Under the pieces are notes generated by a model that saw nothing but the letters and a program-made list of their open reading frames with translations, did not search any database and had not been told where the DNA came from. Below are positions 1 to 7,669 of a DNA stretch of 64,000 bases, in pieces; within the stretch, counting starts at the first letter, position 1, and every line of letters starts with the position of its first letter. Origin of the DNA: Methanotrichaceae archaeon (GTDB lineage Archaea > Halobacteriota > Methanosarcinia > Methanotrichales > Methanotrichaceae); assembly GCA_963748825.1 (NCBI GenBank), contig CAVVKN010000025.1, positions 28,802-92,801 of the forward strand. The letters run 5' to 3'. A program made the position numbers and the translations under genes.

Positions 1-473
1 ATTTCCACGGTATGCTTTTTAGAACTATTTGTTTGTTTATATGTCATAGTATCTCCAAATTATTGTTTTATCAATTGATATTACTATAATTTTTATCTTA
101 TGACATCAATATTAGCACCAATCCCACTTTCCACCAGTTCTTGATTTAGCACGATGTAATAGCATAACGACCATTTTCAGAGCACATTCAACCTCAACGT
201 GTATTTCTATAAGCCCATACCATTCCAATACAGTATCCTGAAGATATTTCAAACCTCTCATTTTCAATATCATTTATATCGACTGGTCATAAATTGCTCA
301 GAGTGCTAAAGTGCGCATTTGAACCATACTCGAAGTGCTCGCTTGTGATATTGTGATCTATTGTGATCCGATGGATGGACAGAAACGCGGATCACATTCT
401 GGTAGCTCATTCCGCCGAGCAACTCAGAAGGCTGCATGCTCCTGTACTGCAGGCACTCGAATAGATGTGCATG

Positions 474-605
474 CTAGGCCCGATTGGCGAGCGACCGCAA
501 CCCCAGACAGCCCAGCCCACAGGCGGCAGGCACGAGCGCAGCCGGGAGCCGGGCAAAGTGAGTCATCTAACGAGCGTGAGCCGGGTGCCGGGAAAAGTGA
601 GTCTA
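474..605 (+). repeat. Inter-cassette GC-rich repeat copy R1 (modules A-B-C, with C tandemly duplicated)
   Basis: CTAGGCCCGATTGG...GCAACCCCAGACAGCCCAGCCC...GGCACGAGCGCAGCCGGGAGCCGGGCAA matches copies at 1308, 2118, 4181 and 5756; module C is repeated at 533-564 and 571-603. Confidence 0.85.
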
Positions 606-650
606 TCTGCAAATCCCTGGAAGATTGACCGGATTTCTGGGAAGATGGGA

Positions 651-685
651 AGCGAAAGGCTATAATCTTATCACTGCTGATAACC
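651..685 (+). promoter_or_regulatory. Promoter and putative autoregulatory operator of hicBA-1
   Basis: AGCGAAAGGC-TATAAT (BRE/TATA-like) about 25 bp before the ATG; palindrome TTATCA-CTGC-TGATAA at 668-683; similar AGCGAAAGGC-TTTATC...GATAA before the second hicB (4642-4672). Confidence 0.55.
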
Positions 686-949
686 ATGTTAATGTTTGGA
701 GAATACATCTTGGCGGCTATGGAAAGGGCCACCTACGAAATCATCGATGACCCTAAGCCCTATTATGGCGAGGTTCCCGAACTGCAGGGTGTTTGGTCAA
801 CAGGTAAAACTCTTGAAGAATGTCGTAAGGAACTACAGAGCGTAATCGAGGGCTGGATTGCTTTAAAGCTGAGACTGGGTCATCCTATACCTGCAATAGG
901 CGGATATGTTATTAATGCGTCTGCGGAGCCTGTCTCCATTGTCGAATAA
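686..949 (+). CDS. hicB: HicB-family antitoxin
   Basis: YYGEVPELQGVWSTGKTLEECRKELQSVIEGWI, a HicB RNase H-like fold motif. Confidence 0.9.
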   Translation: MLMFGEYILAAMERATYEIIDDPKPYYGEVPELQGVWSTGKTLEECRKELQSVIEGWIALKLRLGHPIPAIGGYVINASAEPVSIVE

Positions 950-1163
950 ACTTTTGCCGGTTTCAAGACGTGAGCTGATTAAGCGATTGAGTAAATTGGG
1001 TTTTGTCGGTCCTTATCCCGGAGCAGATCATGAGTATATGTCCAGAGGACTGGTAGAGGCGCGCATTCCCAATCCTCATGGCAGCAATATCAGTGTGGAT
1101 CTATTGCAGAGAATTCTGAAGCGAGCTGGAATCAGTCGCGAAGAATGGTTTGATGTAGCATAA
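939..1163 (+). CDS. hicA: HicA-family toxin (TTG start overlapping the hicB stop)
   Basis: PVSRRELIKRLSKLGF..G.DHEYM...IPNPHGSNISVDLLQRILKRAGISREEW. Confidence 0.9.
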   Translation: MSNKLLPVSRRELIKRLSKLGFVGPYPGADHEYMSRGLVEARIPNPHGSNISVDLLQRILKRAGISREEWFDVA

Positions 1164-1425
1164 TTCTTTGTGCCTTCGTATCTTTGCGGTTAGTCGTAGC
1201 TGTTATGTTATAATTGTGCACTAATATTAATAACGAACCGAAGGCATTGCTTTCCTAATCCTACGCTCAGAAAAACCGCATCATTCGGAGTCCAGCTCAT
1301 CCTGGCTCTCAGGCCCGACCAGCCTACCGCCCCTGAGTATGGAGCGTTTGTCGGGCAATCCAGCCCACCCTGACAACCACGCAGCAACCCCGGACGGCCC
1401 GGCCCAAAGGCCACGAGCCACGGAT
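1164..1425 (+). repeat. Repeat copy R2 (E-F-A-B-C)
   Basis: Begins right after the hicA stop; contains the palindromic core 1203-1232, CTCAGGCCCGACC at 1308 and AATCCAGCCC..GCAGCAACCCCGGACGGCCCGGCCC at 1357-1405. Confidence 0.85.
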
Positions 1426-1512
1426 GAACTGCTCAGATCGGATACAAACACCTCTTGCACCAAAAGGGGCAACGTTTTTAGGGATGTAACACCTCTATTC
1501 TATGGGTTGAAT

Positions 1513-1794
1513 ATGGATATCCTCGACATTATCAAAAGCCACGCCAATGATATCAAGATCCTTTTTAGCGTCAGGCGAATCGGTATCTTCGGATCCTTCG
1601 CCCGTGGTGAGCAGAAGGATTCCAGCGATGTTGATATACTGGTGGAATTTGAGAAGCCCACATTTAAAAACTTCATGAACCTTTCATTCTACCTGGAAGA
1701 TCTCTTGGAAAGAGAGGTGGATCTGGTCACCGTAAAAGGACTTCACCCGCGCATCCGGCCTTACGTGGAGAAGGATGTGATCTGGTCTGAATAA
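1513..1794 (+). CDS. Minimal nucleotidyltransferase antitoxin (MntA-like)
   Basis: IGIFGSFARGEQKDSSDVDILVEF nucleotidyltransferase motif. Confidence 0.9.
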   Translation: MDILDIIKSHANDIKILFSVRRIGIFGSFARGEQKDSSDVDILVEFEKPTFKNFMNLSFYLEDLLEREVDLVTVKGLHPRIRPYVEKDVIWSE

Positions 1795-2116
1795 AGACGT
1801 AGAGCTACTGGGACACATCCTTGAAGAGATGGATTTCATTGCAAAGTATTGTGCTGTCGTTGGCATAGAGACGTTGATGGCAGATGAAGTTCTCCGCAGA
1901 GCCTGCGTGAAATCCTTGGAGATCATTGGAGAGGCATCCAGGAATATCTCAGATGATTTGAAAACGGCGCACCCAGAGATTCCATGGAGACAGATGATCG
2001 GCATGAGAAACAAGCTGGTTCACCATTACTTTGGAGTGGACTGGGAGATCGTGAATGATGCCCTTAAAAATGAGCTTCCAGAGATAAAATTAAAACTGGC
2101 GAAAATATTAATATAA
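1787..2116 (+). CDS. HepT-like HEPN (DUF86) RNase toxin; probable CTG start at 1787
   Basis: LEIIGEASRNI..HPEIPWRQMIGMRNKLVHHYFGVD (Rx4H motif); the frame extends upstream of ATG 1829 as NKDVELLGHILEE. Confidence 0.88.
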   Translation: MNKDVELLGHILEEMDFIAKYCAVVGIETLMADEVLRRACVKSLEIIGEASRNISDDLKTAHPEIPWRQMIGMRNKLVHHYFGVDWEIVNDALKNELPEIKLKLAKILI

Positions 2117-2117
2117 A

Positions 2118-2670
2118 CTCTCAGGCCCGACCGGCCTCCTGCCCGCCCTGACGACAACGCAGCAACCCCGAACGGCCCGGACCACATGCGTCGGCCACGA
2201 GCGCAGCCGGGAGCCGGGCAAGGGAGCCACGTTCGAGCGGCTACCGGGCGCTGCTGCCCACAGCCCCGCAAGGATGACGATGCTGGAGACAACCTTGAAG
2301 TCTGCCAAAACGTCTCTGTGCGCTTCTCGCACCTCTGCGTTTTTCTTCTCGTAACCTCATATTTTACTTCTCCCGCTACGATTATTAACCGCAGAGCCGC
2401 AGAGTTCGCAGAGCCTCGCAATCTACTTATTTGTCTACACTTGAAAAAAAAGTGTACTGTGTCTGAGCAATAGTCGTCTCCGTCCGTTCGTCCTCCGCGT
2501 GCTCTGCGCCTCTGCGGTTCGATCCGTAGCTGCTAGGTTATAATTTTCATCTAATGATAATAGGAAACGGCGATCGTTTCCCAAAATCCAGCCCGCTCTG
2601 ACAACAGCGCAGCAACCCCGGACGGCCCGGCCCGAGGACAGCAGGCACGAGCGCAGCCCGAGGCGAGAGG
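2118..2670 (+). repeat. Repeat copy R3 (longest: A-B-C-D-E-inverted core-E'-E-F-B-C)
   Basis: Starts 1 bp after the toxin stop; contains an inverted pair AACCGCAGAGCCGCAGAGTTCGCAGAG (2387-2413) / CTCCGCGTGCTCTGCGCCTCTGCGGTT (2493-2519); cores at 2344-2373 (-) and 2533-2562 (+). Confidence 0.9.
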
Positions 2671-2724
2671 CAGACGGGCGAGCTGCAGAAAAATCTTATA
2701 TACTTTTAGGATAAACATTATCTT

Positions 2725-2949
2725 ATGTCAACTTCTGTTTATAGCGTTCGCATTGAAGATCGTATACGCCGGATGATGGATGAGATGTCTGATGTCAATT
2801 GGCAGGGAGAGATCAAGCAAACCGTGGAGAGAATGGTTCGGGAAAAGAAGAAAGAAAGGCTCCTGGCCGAGGCTCAGGAACTGTGGAAGCATCAAGAGCC
2901 CAATGCAATCGGTGCTGCGGAGATGATACGGGAGGATCGAGATGCTTGA
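2725..2949 (+). CDS. vapB: VapB-like antitoxin (ribbon-helix-helix-like N-terminus)
   Basis: MSTSVYSVRI...NWQGEIKQ...AAEMIREDRDA; overlaps the PIN gene. Confidence 0.75.
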   Translation: MSTSVYSVRIEDRIRRMMDEMSDVNWQGEIKQTVERMVREKKKERLLAEAQELWKHQEPNAIGAAEMIREDRDA

Positions 2950-3352
2950 TAAGGTAGCTTTGGATTCAAATATCCTGGCATCTATGTTTTTCAAAGAGGA
3001 TGCCTCTCAAAGAGCTCTGGATGCAGTCACCAAACCGGATTTGATCACTCTGGACCTGGCAGTGATTGAGGTTGGAAACGTTGCCTGGAAACAGGTGACT
3101 CTATTCGGGAAGGACAGGGATCTAACTCTCAATGCTCTGCAGAAATGCCAGACATTTATCTCCGAGGCGTGCGATGTCGTCAGAGCGCAGGATATGATGG
3201 CGAAGGCATATGATATCTCGATTGTTACTACAGCGTCCTTTTATGATTCCCTCTTTTTAGCCCTGGCAGAAAAAGAGCAAGTCCCTCTATTGACTTTGGA
3301 TAAGAAACTGTACAATAAAGCTAATTCTTCATTTAATGTGCAATTGATTTAG
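2942..3352 (+). CDS. vapC: VapC PIN-domain toxin
   Basis: VALDSNIL...IEVGNVAWK...FYDSLFLALAEKEQVPLLTLDKKL. Confidence 0.92.
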   Translation: MLDKVALDSNILASMFFKEDASQRALDAVTKPDLITLDLAVIEVGNVAWKQVTLFGKDRDLTLNALQKCQTFISEACDVVRAQDMMAKAYDISIVTTASFYDSLFLALAEKEQVPLLTLDKKLYNKANSSFNVQLI

Positions 3353-3402
3353 CGTGCATGATTGAGATGTCGTGAAGTTATTGGAATCTAATGTGGCCTC
3401 AC

Positions 3403-3455
3403 CTGGCTCCTCAGGCCCGACCGGCCTCCTGTCCCGAGCGCAAGCGAGAGTGCAG
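3403..3455 (+). repeat. Repeat copy R4 (short, mainly module A)
   Basis: CTGGCTCCTCAGGCCCGACCGGCCTCCTGTCCCGAGCGCA. Confidence 0.8.
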
Positions 3456-3571
3456 TTCATGCCCGAATGAAATTGTATTTGATTTCTCTACTCAATGGAG
3501 AATTGCTCATCAAGACCCAAAGGTTAAATGCCTTAAACAGTATTTTAGATTCATAAAACAGGTGCATTTTA

Positions 3572-3796
3572 ATGAGCGGCGGGGTGCATTCATTGAGCTT
3601 TCAGGATCTAATCGAAGCTGTAGAGTCCATGCCTCTGGAAGATCAGTCCATGCTGGTCGAGCTGATCAACAAACGCATCATAGAGAAACGCCGGGCCGAG
3701 CTGGTAGCTGAAGTCCAGGATGCTAGGAGTGCGTTCAAAAGAGGCGAGGTTAAACGGGGCACATTTGAAGACCTGATGAAGGATCTGTTAGATTGA
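3572..3796 (+). CDS. Putative antitoxin of the RelE/YafQ pair
   Basis: Small helical protein FQDLIEAVESMPLEDQ...GEVKRGTFEDLMKDL, overlapping the toxin by 4 bp. Confidence 0.75.
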   Translation: MSGGVHSLSFQDLIEAVESMPLEDQSMLVELINKRIIEKRRAELVAEVQDARSAFKRGEVKRGTFEDLMKDLLD

Positions 3797-4077
3797 ATAC
3801 TCTTGTCTGGAGCCCTGGCTTCAAAAGATCCTTCAAGCACTCAATACGACGCAGGCCTGATCTGCAAGAGAAAATTGAACATGCACTGAAACTGCTCGCT
3901 ACTGATCCACAACACATCTCTCTTCATACTCATAAATTGAAAGGGGACTTGGCAGGTTCTTGGGCTTGTACGGTCGACTTCGAATATCGCATAGTATTTG
4001 AGTTCGTGCGAGATCCAAAGACTCAAGAAGAGATCATCCTGCTTGAAGCAGTGGGCACGCATGATGAAGTCTACTAG
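3793..4077 (+). CDS. RelE/YafQ-family mRNA interferase toxin
   Basis: WSPGFKRSFK...LHTHKLKGDLAGSWACTVDFEYRIVFEF...VGTHDEVY. Confidence 0.9.
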   Translation: MNTLVWSPGFKRSFKHSIRRRPDLQEKIEHALKLLATDPQHISLHTHKLKGDLAGSWACTVDFEYRIVFEFVRDPKTQEEIILLEAVGTHDEVY

Positions 4078-4180
4078 TTTCAAGCCCTCAAATGTATTAG
4101 CTAATAGTAACTGAAAATCGCCACCATTTTAGAATTCAGCCCTTGAAAAGCTGCTTTACTTTATCCCATCTCGATGTGAC

Positions 4181-4592
4181 TTCAGGGCCGACTGGCCTCC
4201 CGCTCTCCCGAGCACGAGTGCGTACGTACGGTCCACCTGTCGGACGATGCCGCCCCCCAGACGGCGCGGCCCACGGGCGACGGCCCCGAGCGCAGCCGGA
4301 AGCCGGGCAAGTCAGTCACGGTCGAGCGGCAGCCGGGCGCTGCTGCCCACAGTCCCGCATGGATAGAAAGGCTGGAGACTGCCAGGAATTCTTTTCAAAA
4401 GTCTCTGTGCGTCCTCTGTGCGCTCTGTGTCTCTGTGGTGGGATCGTTGGTTGTTCTGGTATAATTTTCTGCTTATGATAATAGCAAACTGCCATCGTCT
4501 CTAAAATCCAGCCCACGAGCACGCGCGTGCGGACAGGTCAGCCTGGCGGAAGGCAACGCAGCCCCGCAAGGCCCGGCCACGGACGGCGGACA
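4181..4592 (+). repeat. Repeat copy R5 (A-B-C-D-E-F-B)
   Basis: Shares CGAGCGG..CCGGGCGCTGCTGCCCACAG.CCCGCA.GGAT...GCTGGAGAC with R3; core at 4454-4483. Confidence 0.88.
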
Positions 4593-4676
4593 TTTTAGCG
4601 AAACTTAGGTGTAAGACAAGAGCAGCTTCAAAGGCTAATAAGAGCGAAAGGCTTTATCTGATCAGGGATAACAATT

Positions 4677-4940
4677 ATGCTGATGTTTGCGGAGTACATT
4701 AAAGCGGCAATGGATAAAGCGACCTACGAGATAATCGACGATCCTGAGCCCTTTTATGGTGAGATTCCTGAGATTCAGGGCGTATGGGCGTCAGGAAAGA
4801 CGCTTGAGGCTTGTCGGGACGACCTTATGAGTGCTCTCGAAGATTGGATAGCGTTCCGCCTTAGGACAGGAAGATCTATTCCCTCGATCGGTGGAACTTC
4901 AATTTCCGTCTCATCGGAGCCGATTAGCGTTGTCGAATAA
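4677..4940 (+). CDS. hicB: HicB-family antitoxin (diverged paralogue of 686-949)
   Basis: MLMFAEYIKAAMDKATYEIIDDPEPFYGEIPEIQGVWASGKTLEAC. Confidence 0.9.
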   Translation: MLMFAEYIKAAMDKATYEIIDDPEPFYGEIPEIQGVWASGKTLEACRDDLMSALEDWIAFRLRTGRSIPSIGGTSISVSSEPISVVE

Positions 4941-5085
4941 ACTTACTCCCGTTTCCCGACGTGAGCTTGTAAGACGATTGAGGAAATTAGGATTTGATGG
5001 CCCTTATCCAGGATCTAAACATGAGATCATGGCCAAAGGAGACATATCTATCTATCAAGCTCTGCGGTCTCCCAGACTTGTTTGA
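4930..5085 (+). pseudogene. hicA: 3'-truncated HicA toxin
   Basis: LSNKLTPVSRRELVRRLRKLGFDGPYPGSKHEIMAKGDISI, then runs into antisense HepT sequence at about 5052; lacks the IPNPH..ILK C-terminus. Confidence 0.8.
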
Positions 5086-5337
5086 TGTCAATTCCAAAGT
5101 ACTGATGCACGAGAATGTTCCTTAAGCCTACAATGTCGGCCCAAGGAATATCCTGATTGCATTCCGTCAAATCATCTGACAGGTGATTCGAAGCTTCGCC
5201 AATCACCTGAAGATGATGAATTATCCAGACTTGCGTTCGTTCGTCTTCGGCATAGGCCTGATAGCCAATAGAACATACTTCCCAATCTTTTCTATGGCCT
5301 CGTTAATATCACGCAGCCGCTCCTTGTCATCCCTCAA
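5049..5337 (-). pseudogene. Frameshifted, 3'-truncated HepT/DUF86 toxin
   Basis: MRDDKERLRDINEAIEKIGKY / frameshift / IIHHLQVIGEASNHLSDD..IPWADIVGLRNILVHQYFGIDIKQVWETAELD. Confidence 0.85.
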
Positions 5338-5625
5338 AGGGGCACCGCCTCGCTCAGGACTCTGTCTCGAATTCGCTCTCGCAGGCCACGGTCACTAACT
5401 ACATCGACCTTGATTTTCAGTAGGGATTCAAGCTCTCGGATCATGGCGGAATGGCTAAGCAAAGTTGCGCCTGGAATAAACTCTACCAGGATATCGAGAT
5501 CGCTCTTTGAGTCTGCCTCTCCTCTGAGCAACTGAGCCAAAGATCCTGACATTGCGAGCGCCATGCTTTGCAGCAATCTTTAGAATCTCCTCTCGCTTTT
5601 CATTCCGGAGATCTTCAATACGCAT
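5334..5625 (-). pseudogene. Frameshifted MNT antitoxin
   Basis: [33 protein letters not shown] / extra base near 5527 / [16 protein letters not shown]. Confidence 0.82.
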
Positions 5626-5732
5626 AAATTATTATCTGCCGTTCAAGAAGATCAAAGCTTCGATCCAGATGGTTGCGTTGCATAGCGGCGACATCTCTTT
5701 CCAAAGAATCCCGACACCAGGAAAGACCCTTA

Positions 5733-5879
5733 TCAGGCCCCAGCTCTACCTGAACCTCAGGCCCGACCGGGCCTCTGCCCCCGATTGCTAGCGCTTGCCA
5801 AGTAATCCAGCCCGCCCTGACGAAAACGCAGCCCAGGCTGGGCCCCACGGGCGGCAGGCCACGAGCGCAGCCCGAGGCG
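5733..5879 (+). repeat. Repeat copy R6 (A-B-C)
   Basis: CTCAGGCCCGACCGGGCCTC...AATCCAGCCCGCCCTGACGAAAACGCAGC...GGCCACGAGCGCAGCCCGAGGCG. Confidence 0.85.
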
Positions 5880-6019
5880 TGCGATGTCGTCAGAGCGCAG
5901 GATATGATGGCAAAGGCATATGATATCTCGATTGTTATCTTCATTTAATGGGCAATTGATTTAGCATGCATGATTGAGATGTCGTGAAGTTATTGGAATC
6001 TAATGTGGCCTCACATGGC
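5872..6019 (+). pseudogene. Doubly deleted near-identical relic of the vapC cassette
   Basis: 5872-5937 matches 3162-3227 and 5938-6019 matches 3326-3407, with few mismatches. Confidence 0.92.
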
Positions 6020-6196
6020 ACATATAACTAATATTATATAAACACTAGGATATAATGTGCCCTGCCACCATCACTAACTAATGCGATTGTGCCATTGATT
6101 GTTGATATCCTGTATATTTTCTTTACTAAACTCCGTTTTGTGCGGTCATTTTATCTATCATGAAAAGAATATTGTTCTCAATGAGCGTGTAACGAC

Positions 6197-6595
6197 ATGA
6201 CTGAAACAATCGTAGAATCAATATTTGGCGTGAATGCTGGTGCCGTATGGCGAGCACTTAATCAAAATGGTCCAAGCAACATTGGCGATCTTGTGAAAAC
6301 TACATCCATGAGCCGTGAAGAAGTCTATGGTGCTCTTGGGTGGCTTGGTCGCGAGAACAAGATCGCCATAGAGAAGCGCGGACGGGCAATTGTATTCTCA
6401 TTACGAGAGTCAGAAGGACGTTCGGAAGCATCTAAGGGCAAAACAATAGGAGATTCTGTGCTACAAGAGCAAACAACGCATCATACAAGAGTTCTGCCAA
6501 AGAAGACCACAAAAGCAAAAAAGACTGCAGAAGCTCGCAAGGTCAAAGCCCCGCTCAAACAAAGCGAAAGGAGCGATGAATTTCTACTTCATTAG
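6197..6595 (+). CDS. Winged-helix protein (DUF2582-like) with basic C-terminal tail
   Basis: FGVNAGAVWRALNQNG...ALGWLGRENKI. Confidence 0.8.
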   Translation: MTETIVESIFGVNAGAVWRALNQNGPSNIGDLVKTTSMSREEVYGALGWLGRENKIAIEKRGRAIVFSLRESEGRSEASKGKTIGDSVLQEQTTHHTRVLPKKTTKAKKTAEARKVKAPLKQSERSDEFLLH

Positions 6596-6787
6596 TTGTT
6601 ATACTTGCTACAATTAGGGTGAAAGCTGCGGGCAAACAGGAGACAGAGCGCATGGTGACTTCCAATTTCGCCAGGCAAAATATCGAAATGTTTCACAATG
6701 CAGTCTCGATTGCATAGCAGGAAGAAGAATAAGGTTCAATCTGAAACATGGAGGCGTATGTATAGTAAAATTAGCAATTTTGCCCGC

Positions 6788-6991
6788 ATGAAATATGTCC
6801 TCATCGCCATTCTTCTGTTCCTCATTGGGTTGGTCCTGATGCTGACATTCTTCCTGATGATTACAGTACCTTTTGCTCTAGCAGCTTGGGCCTGGGGAGG
6901 GATATTCCTTTACCTAGCCGCAATGAGAAGACCTTACAGCGACTTTGCTGCAACATTAAGATGGCATAAATCACGCAAAAAATATGTGTAA
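6788..6991 (+). CDS. Small membrane protein
   Basis: Two hydrophobic segments. Confidence 0.5.
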   Translation: MKYVLIAILLFLIGLVLMLTFFLMITVPFALAAWAWGGIFLYLAAMRRPYSDFAATLRWHKSRKKYV

Positions 6992-7032
6992 TATTTTTCA
7001 TTTAATTATTTGCTACTTTGGCATCTATAGCC

Positions 7033-7431
7033 TTAATCTGGTGGACTGTCTTTGAAGCACTCTATTTCGATGGTCACGTTCTTGATATGCTCTTTTAACA
7101 CATTAATGCGACTTTCCAATAGGCGTTTCAAATTCTCTGGCATGATAGAATCATAATCTATCGGTGCAACATATCCCATCTCGCCATACAAGAGCGGGAT
7201 CTCACCGGGTAGTGATGGTTCATTCCTATCAACTATGGAAAAATCACCCATAGATGAGAACAAACCAACTGGTTTATTTTTATCTTTATCGGGCTTTGAA
7301 ACTTGAACTTTTCCTTTGATCAATAATTCATTAGTCGCTTGCTCTGTTGTCATTTTTTTGCCATCTATATAGACCCACTCGCCTTGGGGGCTTCCATAGT
7401 AGACTTTCATATCCATTTCTAAACTCTCCAC
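7033..7431 (-). CDS. Hypothetical protein (AT-rich)
   Basis: 132-aa ORF, no recognised motif. Confidence 0.5.
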   Translation of the reverse strand: MESLEMDMKVYYGSPQGEWVYIDGKKMTTEQATNELLIKGKVQVSKPDKDKNKPVGLFSSMGDFSIVDRNEPSLPGEIPLLYGEMGYVAPIDYDSIMPENLKRLLESRINVLKEHIKNVTIEIECFKDSPPD

Positions 7432-7669
7432 TAATTATCAATAGCAGTCTAATGCTAAATATCTTTCCTCAAAAATGTTCCAATCTAAAGTTCATTGCAG
7501 TGTGTCATATCTTGTGGCAGATATTGGGGATAACTACCGCACTACCCGTATGAGGAGGTAAATCGCAATGATCAACCGCATTACTTGGGCAGGCAGTCAT
7601 AGTTTCAACTAGCTGCTGATTACATGTTTGGGGAAAAATCGCAGGAAAGAAAAAAGAAGATATTATGAT

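Noticed and set aside
1-270. Short minus-strand ORFs (a start at 47 running off the window; a 49-codon ORF at 111-260)
   Set aside because: Too little sequence and no recognisable motif.
474-5879. CRISPR array or canonical integron attC interpretation
   Set aside because: Repeats are long, variable and separated by whole genes; no cas or intI is in the window and I could not find consistent RYYYAAC...GTTRRRY ends.
335-5944. ORF-track ORFs across the repeats (e.g. 335-628, 2026-2421, 2186-2473, 4143-4478, 5615-5944) sharing RAQPGAGQ-like peptides
   Set aside because: They are translations of the GC-rich repeat; frames and lengths are not conserved between copies.
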